The notes under the pieces were generated by a model that saw only the letters and a program-made list of their open reading frames with translations, had not been told where the DNA came from and did not search any database. A program made the translations under genes and the position numbers. From Escherichia phage HK6: a DNA stretch of 64,000 nt. Below, one piece after another: positions 23,785-33,534 of this stretch; position 1 is the first letter of the stretch; every line of letters begins with the position of its first letter. The stretch lies in sequence record PP724615.1; one strand, given 5' to 3'.

Positions 23785-24564
23785 ATGAAAATCGAAATTC
23801 CAACACAATGTCCCTCTTGTGGTTCTAAGCTAGATCTTGTCAACGGACAATTATTCTGTAGGAATAAGTCCAACTGTCCAGCGCAATCAAGTAAGTTAAT
23901 TGAGAACTTCTGTTCAAAAATGAAGTTAAAGGGCTTTGGCCCAAAAACTATTGAGAAGCTGGAGCTGACGAAGATTTCAGAACTATTTTACCTAACCGAA
24001 GAAGATTTGGTTAGAGCCGTGGGTAGCAAGGTTGCCGCTAAGTTAATTAGCGAATTAAATACTAAAGTTCGCGGAGGCATTGACTTTGGTTCAGTTCTCG
24101 GTTCTTTAGGAATCCCTCTAATTGGAGAGGTTGCAGCAAAGAAATTATCCCAAAATTGCACTAGCTTCCACGATGTGAAGGCTGACGGCAAGGCTGGAGA
24201 AAACTATAAAGCCTGGCTAAATTCCCCACAAGGCAAGGATGTTATCGAACTACCGTGGAAATTCTCAACTGGTATTAAGGGCACTAAAGCCGACATCATC
24301 ATTACAGATGAGTTAGTTGCCCAGCCAAATGGAATCGCGGTATGTATTACCGGATCTTTGCAAGATTTTGCAAATCGAACGGATGCAACAAACTATTTAG
24401 AGAGTCTAGGATATACGGTTAAGAAATCCGTTACCAAAGACGTCAAATACCTAATCTGTGAGGATGAATCAAAACGTTCTTCCTCATCTTATAAGAAAGC
24501 CGAAACGAATGGGATAGAAATCCTGTCGATTAAAGAACTATTGGAGAAAAATAATAATGTCTAA
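23785..24564 (+). CDS. ligB: NAD-dependent DNA ligase, C-terminal subunit (Zn finger + HhH + BRCT), 259 aa
   Basis: CPSCGSKLDLVNGQLFCRNKSNCPAQ Zn finger, HhH repeats, BRCT-like end (VCITGSL...); AAGGAAG 7 nt before ATG 23785. Confidence 0.9.
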   Translation: MKIEIPTQCPSCGSKLDLVNGQLFCRNKSNCPAQSSKLIENFCSKMKLKGFGPKTIEKLELTKISELFYLTEEDLVRAVGSKVAAKLISELNTKVRGGIDFGSVLGSLGIPLIGEVAAKKLSQNCTSFHDVKADGKAGENYKAWLNSPQGKDVIELPWKFSTGIKGTKADIIITDELVAQPNGIAVCITGSLQDFANRTDATNYLESLGYTVKKSVTKDVKYLICEDESKRSSSSYKKAETNGIEILSIKELLEKNNNV

Positions 24565-25324
24565 ACTGAACTGGAACGTAGAAGGTGTAACCGAGTCTCT
24601 GAAAGCAAAAGCCACTGCTCTGGGTGTTGCTGTAATCTCTCAAGAACAAGTAGCTGCTATCGCTGCTGAACTGGCTGCTGAAACTGGCAAAGATGTTACT
24701 GCTCGCTCTGTTGGCTCTAAACTGCGTAAAGAAGGTTTTGAAGTACAGAAAGCTAACGAAGTGCAGAAATCTCCGTGGACTCCTGAGCAGGAAGCTGAAC
24801 TGGTTGATTTCCTGAACGCTCATGCTGGTCAGTATACCTATGCTGAAATCGCTGCTGCTGTAGCTGGTGGTCAGTTCGGTGCTAAACAGGTACAGGGTAA
24901 GATCCTGAGTCTGGAAATGACCGCTTCTGTTAAACCAACTGAAAAAGCTGCTGCTGTTCGTTCCTTCACTCCGGATGAAGAAACTGATTTTGTTAATCAG
25001 GTTGTTGCTGGTGCTACTATTGAAGCTATCGCTGCTCACTTCGGTCGCAATATTAAGCAGATCCGTGGTAAAGCTCTGAGCCTGCTTCGTGAAGGTCGTA
25101 TTGCTGCTATGCCGGTACAGGAAACTTCAAGTGCTAAAACTCGTGAAGATCTGTTAGAAGGTCTAGATCTGGTTAACATGACTGTTGCTGAGATCGCTGA
25201 GAAAACCGGTAAGTCTGAGCGTGGTGTTAAATCTATGCTGTCTCGTCGTGGTCTGGTTGCTAAGGACTATGATGGTGCCGCTAAGCGTGCTAAACTGGAT
25301 GCAAAAGCTGCGGCTGCTGAATAA
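24557..25324 (+). CDS. abundant early DNA-binding protein (T5 D5 position), 255 aa, four HTH-like repeats
   Basis: extreme codon bias (GCT/CTG/CGT/GGT), four tandem ~55-aa units ending in ..EIA...G......K.L...G; strong terminator downstream. Confidence 0.65.
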   Translation: MSKLNWNVEGVTESLKAKATALGVAVISQEQVAAIAAELAAETGKDVTARSVGSKLRKEGFEVQKANEVQKSPWTPEQEAELVDFLNAHAGQYTYAEIAAAVAGGQFGAKQVQGKILSLEMTASVKPTEKAAAVRSFTPDEETDFVNQVVAGATIEAIAAHFGRNIKQIRGKALSLLREGRIAAMPVQETSSAKTREDLLEGLDLVNMTVAEIAEKTGKSERGVKSMLSRRGLVAKDYDGAAKRAKLDAKAAAAE

Positions 25325-25342
25325 TCTGGTAAATTAAACCTA

Positions 25343-25374
25343 AGGGGAGGGGGCTATGCTCCTTCCCCTTTTTG
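25343..25374 (+). terminator. terminator after D5-like gene
   Basis: GGGGAGGGGG/CTCCTTCCCC stem (two G-U pairs) + TTTTT. Confidence 0.8.
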
Positions 25375-25406
25375 CATTTAGAAGGCACGAAAGCGTGCAA
25401 AGGAGA

Positions 25407-26879
25407 ATGACCTTGTTTAACGTGCAAGCTGTAGTGTTGAAGATGCTTCTCGCTTCCGAACAGAAGCAAATAGCATTGGAAACATTCTCAAAACTGCATA
25501 AAGATCATTTTAATGACGCTTTCTCCTCAATTTACCAAGCCGTCCAGAATTATTATAAAAAATATAACACAATGCCGTCCATTGACGCACTTATGCTTGA
25601 AGCTAATAGGAACGCCCGCCTTTCTCAAGCTCTAGTCGTCTTAGCTAACACTCAAATTCCAGAAGTGAGCATGGAACAGGCACTTGAAGTCCTAGAGGCC
25701 GAATATACACAGGATTTATTCCTGAAGCTTCTAGAAACAGACGTGCTTCAAGATTTAACAATGCTGGATCAGGGAGAAATTCTCAACCGAGTTGCCTCCC
25801 TTCACTTAAAATTAGAAGAGAAAGTAACGAATACTGGAAAAGTATTCAACGCAGATAACATGCGTATTTTCCAGAGAGAAGAAGATACCAAACTGAACTT
25901 AATCGCTCTTGGTATTTGTAATGAGTTCGACGCTCAAATTGGTTTAGCTCGCACAGAAACGTTACTGCTTGGTGGTTGGCGTGGTACTGGTAAATCCATT
26001 ATCTGTTCAAACATACAGGTTCAGCAATATTTGAATGGGGATATTGCTCCATACTTCTCAATTGAGATGAAAGAACATGAAGTATTTAGACGTAATCTAG
26101 CCATGTTAGCTGGTGTATCAGCATTAGCAATGCGTAATAATACTCTAGAAGGTGCAGCTCTATTAAGATTAGCCAGAACTAGAGCTAGAATGTTTAATGG
26201 TGGTGAAGAGCTTTTCGATAACTTCGTTAAACAGTACACAATGGCTAAGATGAGTGATTTCTACGATATGGAGAGTAAACTAATAGAAGGGTATGAGCTA
26301 CATACTCCTATGATTATTGTTTATGACCCTGAGCTGTCTATTACAACAGTTGACGTAGAATTAAATAAATTAGTTGCTAGATATGGAGATAAAGTTACAG
26401 TAGCTTTACTGGACTATATTAACCAAACCCGACTTCCAGATTCTAAAACCATTGATATGTATGACTGGAAAGAACAGATGGTTGTTAGCTCGTCTTTCAA
26501 ATCTATCTGCCAGAAACATAACGTGGCTGGTGTAGCTCCTTACCAGATCGATCAAGATGGTAGAACACGTATGTCAAAGGGGATTCTTGATTCCGCAGAC
26601 ATGGCTGCTAATCTTAATGCTGCAAAAGCTGATAATGGTCAAGGTGCTATTATGTTTGACTTCGTTAAGACTCGTTCTTCTGATAGCGTGAAGTTTATGC
26701 CTAAAATGAACTGGGAAACTCTGCGAATGGATAACACTACCAACCTAGCAATGGAAGATATATCTCAAATGGAAGCTGAGTTCGTTATCCCTATTGAGAA
26801 GGATAAGCCGGCTCAACCTAAACGTGCTAAGAAAGACAAAACTGAAAATTCAACAGGTGAACAGGCCAGCGATATATGA
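25407..26879 (+). CDS. DnaB-like replicative helicase, about 490 aa (start ATG 25407 or TTG 25413)
   Basis: Walker A GGWRGTGKS, RecA-like core; track start 25356 lies inside the upstream terminator hairpin; AGGAG at 25401..25405 favours TTG 25413. Confidence 0.85.
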   Translation: MTLFNVQAVVLKMLLASEQKQIALETFSKLHKDHFNDAFSSIYQAVQNYYKKYNTMPSIDALMLEANRNARLSQALVVLANTQIPEVSMEQALEVLEAEYTQDLFLKLLETDVLQDLTMLDQGEILNRVASLHLKLEEKVTNTGKVFNADNMRIFQREEDTKLNLIALGICNEFDAQIGLARTETLLLGGWRGTGKSIICSNIQVQQYLNGDIAPYFSIEMKEHEVFRRNLAMLAGVSALAMRNNTLEGAALLRLARTRARMFNGGEELFDNFVKQYTMAKMSDFYDMESKLIEGYELHTPMIIVYDPELSITTVDVELNKLVARYGDKVTVALLDYINQTRLPDSKTIDMYDWKEQMVVSSSFKSICQKHNVAGVAPYQIDQDGRTRMSKGILDSADMAANLNAAKADNGQGAIMFDFVKTRSSDSVKFMPKMNWETLRMDNTTNLAMEDISQMEAEFVIPIEKDKPAQPKRAKKDKTENSTGEQASDI

Positions 26880-27766
26880 GTAGAATAACAGAACTACTTG
26901 ATCTGAAAGGCATTGAATATAAAGACACAGGTGGGGACATCCTCATCTGTTGTCTCAATCCAGATCATGACGATAAACACCCAAGTTTGCGTATTGATCC
27001 TGAAACAGGTATTATGCACTGCTTGAGTTGTGGCTTCGGTAAAGGTATACCGAGCATTTACCATTATTTTAATGAGACTCAGTACAGACAGTCCCCAAGG
27101 CTATCGCAAGTACGCAAAAAGATTTCAGAGATTAGGAATGGATCAACGAATCTTGCAATTCCTGAATCTGCTTACCTTTTCGAAGGTGATTTCCGAGGTA
27201 TAAGTTCTAAGACCTTGAAGAAATATTTTGCTTTCCAACACCAAGCAGACTGGGAAGGCAGAATTGTATTCCCAATCACAGATGCTGTTGGACGCAATAT
27301 CCTATTTTTGGGTCGTTCTATAAACAGTTCTGCCCCTCCTAAATACTTAGTAAAACCAAAACAAGTTTCACCGCCGATTTTCCCTGTACGATATAATACT
27401 CCAGTGCTTATTCTAGTTGAAGGTATCTTTGATATGCTGAACCTAGAGGATAATGGTATAGACTATGCTTCTTGCTGCTTTGGTACACATCAGTTCACTT
27501 CAGATAACATTGCAGATAAGTTCAGTCCTTATATTATTGCTGGTGTAAAAGTTGTTGTTATCTTACTAGATAATGATGCTTCTGGTAATAAAGCTGCACA
27601 AGCGTTGGCCAAGCTAATTCGTACAAAAACGCGTTTAACACCTGTAGTTGCTAACTTTCTCCTACCTGAAGGCAAAGATCCAGGTGAGTTAAACAAAGAT
27701 GAAATTGATATGTTAGCAAAACGTATTGAAATTTTAGTTGCTGAATCGCTTAAAGATTTGGTATAA
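26876..27766 (+). CDS. DnaG-type DNA primase, 296 aa
   Basis: Zn finger CCLNPDHDDKHPSLRIDPETGIMHCLSCG, TOPRIM LVEGIFD and LDNDASGNKAA. Confidence 0.85.
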   Translation: MSRITELLDLKGIEYKDTGGDILICCLNPDHDDKHPSLRIDPETGIMHCLSCGFGKGIPSIYHYFNETQYRQSPRLSQVRKKISEIRNGSTNLAIPESAYLFEGDFRGISSKTLKKYFAFQHQADWEGRIVFPITDAVGRNILFLGRSINSSAPPKYLVKPKQVSPPIFPVRYNTPVLILVEGIFDMLNLEDNGIDYASCCFGTHQFTSDNIADKFSPYIIAGVKVVVILLDNDASGNKAAQALAKLIRTKTRLTPVVANFLLPEGKDPGELNKDEIDMLAKRIEILVAESLKDLV

Positions 27767-27767
27767 T
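27738..27767 (+). promoter_or_regulatory. sigma70 promoter TTGCTG-18-TATAAT with extended TGG (DNA polymerase), inside primase 3' end
   Basis: -35 27738..27743, -10 27762..27767. Confidence 0.65.
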
Positions 27768-27828
27768 ATATTGGTAAGTTAGAGAAGAAACACTGAAGTT
27801 ATACTTACTTACCAAGAGGAGATTAAAT

Positions 27829-30396
27829 TTGAAAATCGCAGTAGTTGATAAAGCTCTAAATAACACTCGTTATGATAAACATTTCCAGCTATACGGCGAG
27901 GAAGTTGATGTATTCCATATGTGTAACGAGAAGTTATCTGGTCGTTTGCTTAAAAAGCACATTACTATTGGAACACCAGAAAACCCATTTGATCCGAATG
28001 ATTATGATTTTGTTATACTAGTAGGTGCTGAACCTTTCCTGTATTTCGCAGGTAAGAAAGGCATTGGTGACTATACTGGTAAACGTGTAGAGTATAATGG
28101 ATATGCTAACTGGATTGCGAGTATCAGCCCAGCCCAGTTACACTTTAAACCTGAAATGAAACCAGTTTTTGATGCAACAGTAGAGAATATCCACGATATT
28201 ATCAATGGTCGTGAGAAGATTGCAAAAGCTGGTGATTACCGTCCTATTACTGACCCTGACGAGGCGGAAGAATATATCAAGATGGTGTATAATATGGTTA
28301 TCGGACCTGTAGCATTCGACTCCGAAACCTCAGCACTATACTGTCGAGATGGTTATCTGCTTGGTGTTTCTATGTCTCACCAAGAGTATCAGGGTGTGTA
28401 TATCGATTCTGATTGCCTCACAGAGGTTGCAGTATATTATCTCCAGAAAATTCTGGATAGTGAAAATCACACTATTGTTTTTCACAACCTGAAGTTTGAT
28501 ATGCACTTTTATAAGTACCATCTGGGACTTACTTTTGACAAAGCACATAAAGAACGCAGGCTCCATGATACCATGTTGCAGCATTATGTTCTGGATGAGC
28601 GTCGTGGTACTCATGGCTTGAAATCTCTAGCAATGAAGTATACCGATATGGGTGACTATGACTTTGAACTAGATAAGTTCAAGGAGGATTACTGCAAAGC
28701 ACATAAAATCAAGAAAGAAGATTTCACTTATGATTTAATTCCGTTTGATATTATGTGGCCTTACGCTGCAAAAGATACCGATGCCACCATACGTTTGCAC
28801 AATTTCTTCTTACCAAAAATTGAGAAGAATGAAAAACTTTGCAGTCTGTATTATGATGTTCTAATGCCTGGTTGTGTATTTCTCCAGCGTGTTGAGGATC
28901 GTGGTGTACCAATTTCTATTGATCGCTTGAAAGAAGCTCAGTATCAGTTAACTCATAATCTGAATAAAGCTCGTGAGAAGCTGTATACTTATCCAGAAGT
29001 CGTTCAGCTAGAGAAAGATCAGAACGAAGCGTTTAACCCAAACTCTGTTAAACAACTCCGTGTTCTTCTGTTTGATTATGTTGGCTTAACTCCAACAGGT
29101 AAATTGACGGATACTGGAGCAGACTCTACAGATGCAGAGGCTTTGAACGAATTGTCTACGCAGCATCCAATTGCTAAGACTCTACTAGAAATTCGTAAGC
29201 TGACTAAGCTGATCTCTACTTATGTTGAGAAGATTCTTCTGAGTATTGATGCAGATGGTTGCATTCGTACTGGCTTCCATGAACACATGACTACTTCTGG
29301 TCGTCTGAGTTCTTCTGGTAAACTGAACCTGCAACAGTTACCTCGTGATGAATCTATTATCAAGGGTTGTGTAGTAGCTCCTCCCGGGTATCGTGTAATC
29401 GCATGGGACTTAACAACTGCGGAAGTTTATTATGCTGCTGTTCTATCTGGTGATAGAAATATGCAACAGGTATTTATCAACATGAGAAATGAACCTGATA
29501 AATACCCTGACTTCCACTCTAACATCGCACACATGGTATTTAAGCTCCAATGCGAACCTCGTGATGTTAAAAAGTTGTTCCCAGCTCTGCGTCAGGCTGC
29601 TAAGGCAATTACCTTTGGTATTTTGTATGGTTCTGGCCCGGCTAAAGTAGCTCATTCTGTTAATGAAGCTCTTCTGGAACAAGCTGCTAAGACAGGCGAA
29701 CCGTTTGTAGAATGTACTGTTGCAGATGCTAAAGAGTACATTGAAACTTATTTCGGTCAGTTCCCGCAGCTTAAGCGTTGGATTGATAAGTGCCACGATC
29801 AAATCAAGAATCATGGGTTTATCTATAGTCACTTTGGGCGTAAACGTCGTCTGCATAATATCCACTCCGAAGACCGTGGTGTTCAGGGTGAAGAAATTCG
29901 TTCTGGATTTAACGCAATCATTCAGTCTGCTTCCTCTGATAGCCTCCTTTTAGGTGCTGTAGATGCAGATAATGAGATCATTTCTCTTGGCCTAGAACAA
30001 GAGATGAAGATTGTTATGCTGGTTCATGACTCCGTAGTTGCTATTGTTCGTGAGGATTTGATTGATCAATACAATGAAATCCTGATTCGTAATATCCAAA
30101 AAGACCGTGGTATCAGTATTCCTGGCTGTCCGATTGGTATTGATTCTGATTCTGAAGCTGGAGGTTCTCGTGACTACTCTTGTGGTAAGATGAAGAAGCA
30201 GCATCCATCAATCGCTTGTATTGATGATGATGAATATACTCGTTATGTCAAGGGTGTATTACTTGACGCAGAATTCGAGTATAAGAAACTAGCTGCAATG
30301 GATAAAGAGCATCCAGATCATAGCAAATACAAGGATGATAAGTTTATTGCTGTATGTAAAGATTTGGATAACGTGAGAAGGATTCTCGGTGCTTGA
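27829..30396 (+). CDS. family A DNA polymerase with 3'-5' exonuclease, 855 aa (TTG start)
   Basis: Exo I AFDSETS, motif B RQAAKAITFGILYG, motif C LVHDS; sequence matches my memory of T5 DNA polymerase; GAGGAG 7 nt before TTG. Confidence 0.95.
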   Translation: MKIAVVDKALNNTRYDKHFQLYGEEVDVFHMCNEKLSGRLLKKHITIGTPENPFDPNDYDFVILVGAEPFLYFAGKKGIGDYTGKRVEYNGYANWIASISPAQLHFKPEMKPVFDATVENIHDIINGREKIAKAGDYRPITDPDEAEEYIKMVYNMVIGPVAFDSETSALYCRDGYLLGVSMSHQEYQGVYIDSDCLTEVAVYYLQKILDSENHTIVFHNLKFDMHFYKYHLGLTFDKAHKERRLHDTMLQHYVLDERRGTHGLKSLAMKYTDMGDYDFELDKFKEDYCKAHKIKKEDFTYDLIPFDIMWPYAAKDTDATIRLHNFFLPKIEKNEKLCSLYYDVLMPGCVFLQRVEDRGVPISIDRLKEAQYQLTHNLNKAREKLYTYPEVVQLEKDQNEAFNPNSVKQLRVLLFDYVGLTPTGKLTDTGADSTDAEALNELSTQHPIAKTLLEIRKLTKLISTYVEKILLSIDADGCIRTGFHEHMTTSGRLSSSGKLNLQQLPRDESIIKGCVVAPPGYRVIAWDLTTAEVYYAAVLSGDRNMQQVFINMRNEPDKYPDFHSNIAHMVFKLQCEPRDVKKLFPALRQAAKAITFGILYGSGPAKVAHSVNEALLEQAAKTGEPFVECTVADAKEYIETYFGQFPQLKRWIDKCHDQIKNHGFIYSHFGRKRRLHNIHSEDRGVQGEEIRSGFNAIIQSASSDSLLLGAVDADNEIISLGLEQEMKIVMLVHDSVVAIVREDLIDQYNEILIRNIQKDRGISIPGCPIGIDSDSEAGGSRDYSCGKMKKQHPSIACIDDDEYTRYVKGVLLDAEFEYKKLAAMDKEHPDHSKYKDDKFIAVCKDLDNVRRILGA

Positions 30397-30886
30397 TTTC
30401 AAATTGCCCGTATATGCTTTACGGGCGTTTGTATCAATTGAGCAAGAAGGTGATTATTCCGTAATTACAACAAGGTATAATAAATACGTGCTAGATAACA
30501 GGAAGTTGCCTGGCACTTTTTCTCAACGTAGGCTTATTCTATTTGAGAAACGGAAAGAATTACCATACAAGCTCTATCCTATTAGAGGTAGAATATCAAT
30601 GTTGTCTCAATTAGTTGGGTCAAAGCGTAGCCAATTTATAGATTCTGATGGAAATCTTATTAACTGGAAGAAAACTACGTTCTATGATGTTGTCACCTCT
30701 AAAGTTTTGCATTCAGCTAGAATTTATAACGGAAAATACCAATGCTATGTAGCTAAAGTTCCATACCCATTTGTATTATCCTATGTTCCAGCTTATATAA
30801 GCTATATTCTGGTAAATAATAGCCCTGTTATTTATCAAGTCCATCAAGAGGAGCCTGAAATTCCTAGACTTAGAATAAAATTATGA
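30389..30886 (+). CDS. hypothetical protein, 165 aa
   Basis: ORF overlapping pol stop and D10 start; no motif recognised. Confidence 0.45.
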   Translation: MLDFKLPVYALRAFVSIEQEGDYSVITTRYNKYVLDNRKLPGTFSQRRLILFEKRKELPYKLYPIRGRISMLSQLVGSKRSQFIDSDGNLINWKKTTFYDVVTSKVLHSARIYNGKYQCYVAKVPYPFVLSYVPAYISYILVNNSPVIYQVHQEEPEIPRLRIKL

Positions 30887-32235
30887 AGGTTGTCATATCT
30901 AATAAAGCATATTTCAAGCCCGATGATGAACTTTGGGATTATTGTAGTAAGCAAACCACTTATCACATTGAGACAATGACTAGTAAATACCCTATTATGT
31001 ATAAGAATAGTGGTGTTGTTGCCAAAGAGATTAAGTGGATTCCTATTACGCGTCTGGACTTACTAGACGCTAAAGGAGTAAAATACGAATTAGTCGATAA
31101 ACGTACATTAGCTCCGGTAGATATACCAAAACCTAAGTTCAAACTGCGTGAAGAAGACCAGCTCCCAATATATGAAGAGTGTGATGATACCTGTATTATT
31201 AATGGTAAGCCCGGATTCGGTAAAACTATCCTAGCCCTTGCACTTGCGTATAAATTTGGCCAAAAAACTCTGGTAATATGTACGAATACATCCATTCGTG
31301 AGATGTGGGCAGCAGAAGTTCGTAAATGGTTTGGGTTTGAGCCTGGTATCATAGGTTCTGGGAAATATAACATTGATCCACCAATTGTGGTCAGTAATAT
31401 TCAAACAGTGAATAAACATGCGAATAATCTTTCTAAAGTATTCGGTACTGTTATAGTTGATGAGGTTCACCATTGTGTGGCTACAACTTTCACTAACTTC
31501 CTAGAAATATCATGTGCTCGCTATAAGATTGGGCTATCTGGAACATTAAAACGTAAAGACGGTCTACAAGTTATGTTCAAAGATTTCTTTGGATATAAGA
31601 TCTTTAGCCCACCGGTTAATAATACTGTTGCACCTACAATCCATAGATACTCCGTACCTGTTGAGTTATCAGGGAACCAAAACGTACCATGGGCATTACG
31701 TGCTAACGATGTATATAATCATCCTGAATATCGAGAGACTATTATAAATCTAGCACATCTATACGTGAATATGGGGCATAAAGTACTCATTGTAAGCGAT
31801 AGAACAGAGTTAATCCAAACAGTACTAGAAGCTCTTGCACAGCGTGGTGTTACAACATATGAAATTATAGGGGCAACCCACTTAGATGATCGATTAAAAA
31901 TTCAGGAAGATATAGCAAAAGGTGGACCTTGTGTACTTGCAGCAGCTCAAAGTATCTTCTCTGAAGGTATTTCTCTTAATGAGTTGTCCTGTTTAATAAT
32001 GGGAAGTCTCATTAATAATGAGTCTCTCATTGAACAGCTTGCAGGTCGTGTTCAACGTATTGTCGATGGTAAACTCGACCCTATTGTTGTAGATCTAATT
32101 ATGAAAGGGGGCACTGGACTAAGACAGGCTTCTGGACGTATGGCAGTATATCGTAACAACGGGTGGAAAACTATTACCATGACTCCGGAGAAAGCAGTTC
32201 AATTAGCTAAAATTGCATTTGGCAACAGCTCATAA
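30883..32235 (+). CDS. SF2 DNA helicase (T5 D10 type), 450 aa
   Basis: Walker A NGKPGFGKT, Walker B VDEVHH, motif VI QLAGRVQR. Confidence 0.85.
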   Translation: MKVVISNKAYFKPDDELWDYCSKQTTYHIETMTSKYPIMYKNSGVVAKEIKWIPITRLDLLDAKGVKYELVDKRTLAPVDIPKPKFKLREEDQLPIYEECDDTCIINGKPGFGKTILALALAYKFGQKTLVICTNTSIREMWAAEVRKWFGFEPGIIGSGKYNIDPPIVVSNIQTVNKHANNLSKVFGTVIVDEVHHCVATTFTNFLEISCARYKIGLSGTLKRKDGLQVMFKDFFGYKIFSPPVNNTVAPTIHRYSVPVELSGNQNVPWALRANDVYNHPEYRETIINLAHLYVNMGHKVLIVSDRTELIQTVLEALAQRGVTTYEIIGATHLDDRLKIQEDIAKGGPCVLAAAQSIFSEGISLNELSCLIMGSLINNESLIEQLAGRVQRIVDGKLDPIVVDLIMKGGTGLRQASGRMAVYRNNGWKTITMTPEKAVQLAKIAFGNSS

Positions 32236-32247
32236 ATGATGTATAAT
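32219..32247 (+). promoter_or_regulatory. sigma70 promoter TTGGCA-17-TATAAT overlapping D10 stop
   Basis: -35 32219..32224, -10 32242..32247; followed by leader hairpin TTCGGA/TCCGAA. Confidence 0.7.
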
Positions 32248-32318
32248 ATATACATAAATTTGAGAGAGAAAGTTTCGGATTGATAAGAAAGTCCGAAGCA
32301 GAAAAATAAAAATTTTAG

Positions 32319-32348
32319 TTGCTAAATTCTCTCGAAATCTAGTATAAT
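32319..32348 (+). promoter_or_regulatory. sigma70 early promoter TTGCTA-18-TATAAT
   Basis: -35 32319..32324, -10 32343..32348. Confidence 0.7.
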
Positions 32349-32455
32349 ATATACATAAATTCGAGGAGAAAACAAAAATTAAATTCTTCGATTATGAAAA
32401 GCTATACTTACTAGCTAGAGGAAATTCCGACCTAATTATTAAGCTATTCAAAAGA

Positions 32456-32740
32456 ATGCTTACAGAGCCTGATGCTCACCAATTATTGGTCGGTTCCTCA
32501 TTCATTTTGAATGAATCAACAATAGTTGATAATCCAAATAAATTGTCTAATAGACAACTGGCAGAATATCTAGGAATTTTAAGTCTACGAAATTATGCCG
32601 AATACAAGTTTACAAACGATCCTAGTTTGGACATACAATATGTTCCAGTATGGATACCACGTTTAGTAATCGACACTAACCCACTAATCGCAATTAACAA
32701 ATCGAAATTAATCTTTAAAGAGGAAATAAAATATGGCTAA
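32456..32740 (+). CDS. hypothetical protein, 94 aa from ATG (possibly 120 aa from ATT 32378)
   Basis: no RBS at ATG 32456; frame is open back to an ATT 9 nt after the conserved GAGGAG leader RBS. Confidence 0.5.
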   Translation: MLTEPDAHQLLVGSSFILNESTIVDNPNKLSNRQLAEYLGILSLRNYAEYKFTNDPSLDIQYVPVWIPRLVIDTNPLIAINKSKLIFKEEIKYG

Positions 32741-33506
32741 GTCTTGGGGCGAAACTACTGGCGGTTCTAACGATAAAATCGAATTCCTGAAGTTCAACAA
32801 CGGTATCACTCGTGTTCGTATCGTTTCTGGTGTTCTTCCACGTTATGTTTATTGGCTGACTAATAAAGATGGTAACGCAGCTCCTTTCGAATGTCTCCGT
32901 TTTAACCGTGACAAAGAGAGTTTTGTTCGTGGTAAAGCTGATCCGGTTCATGAGATGGGCTTCTTCGAGAAAGAGCTGGATAAAGATGGTAATCGTGTTC
33001 CGCTGAAACCGAAGAAAAACTATATCGCTTTTGTTATCGACCGTTCTGATAACAAACTGAAGGTAATGGAAGTCAAGGCTACTATTCTGAAAGGCATCCA
33101 GTCTATCATGAAGCAGTTGAGCCTGGCAACTCCGTTTGATATTGATATTTCTATCGAGAAAAAAGGTAAAGGTTTCGATACTGAGTATGATGTACAGCAG
33201 ATTGCTGCTATGCAGTTCCAGATTAAGCTGCAAGATCCTAACAGTGCGGAATCTAAGCAATATGTTGCGGATGTAGATCTGATCGGTGAAGCTATGTGTG
33301 ACGAAGATGGCGACATCATTAAGTTCGAAAAAGTTCCTTCTCTGGAACAAACCTATCCGGTTCCTACCTATGAAGAGCAGAAAGAAGCAATCCAAGCCTT
33401 CATGGAAGGTCGTGAGAATAAAGATGATGATGCCAAATCTGGTAATAGCAATGCAGGCTCCCAGAAAGGTATTGACTCAGAAGCTGCAAGCGATCTAGAC
33501 GACTAA
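32733..33506 (+). CDS. abundant early protein with acidic C-tail, SSB-like (T5 D11 position), 257 aa
   Basis: high-expression codon usage, acidic tail SEAASDLDD, position in replication module; function inferred. Confidence 0.55.
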   Translation: MAKSWGETTGGSNDKIEFLKFNNGITRVRIVSGVLPRYVYWLTNKDGNAAPFECLRFNRDKESFVRGKADPVHEMGFFEKELDKDGNRVPLKPKKNYIAFVIDRSDNKLKVMEVKATILKGIQSIMKQLSLATPFDIDISIEKKGKGFDTEYDVQQIAAMQFQIKLQDPNSAESKQYVADVDLIGEAMCDEDGDIIKFEKVPSLEQTYPVPTYEEQKEAIQAFMEGRENKDDDAKSGNSNAGSQKGIDSEAASDLDD

Positions 33507-33513
33507 TAAATAG

Positions 33514-33534
33514 AGGGGCTTCGGCCCCTTTTCT
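33514..33534 (+). terminator. terminator AGGGGC-TTCG-GCCCCT + TTTTC after SSB-like gene
   Basis: read directly. Confidence 0.9.

Noticed and set aside
24530-25039. 169-aa antisense ORF in the D5-like gene. The same pattern occurs at 32715..33395 (SSB-like), 35924..36502 (SbcC-like), 56902..57429 (capsid) and 29443..29865 (polymerase)
   Set aside because: All lie opposite highly expressed or long genes and translate to Ser/Phe/Leu-rich low-complexity sequence without start signals. They are a codon-bias artefact, not overlapping genes.
25356-25406. Helicase start at ATG 25356
   Set aside because: The ATG lies in the loop of the upstream terminator hairpin. AGGAG at 25401..25405 supports a start at 25407 or 25413.
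32262-32310. Leader hairpin TTCGGA/TCCGAA and a 9-aa TTG mini-ORF after promoter 32219..32247
   Set aside because: This is probably just a tandem-promoter leader. The mini-ORF is too short and unsupported.
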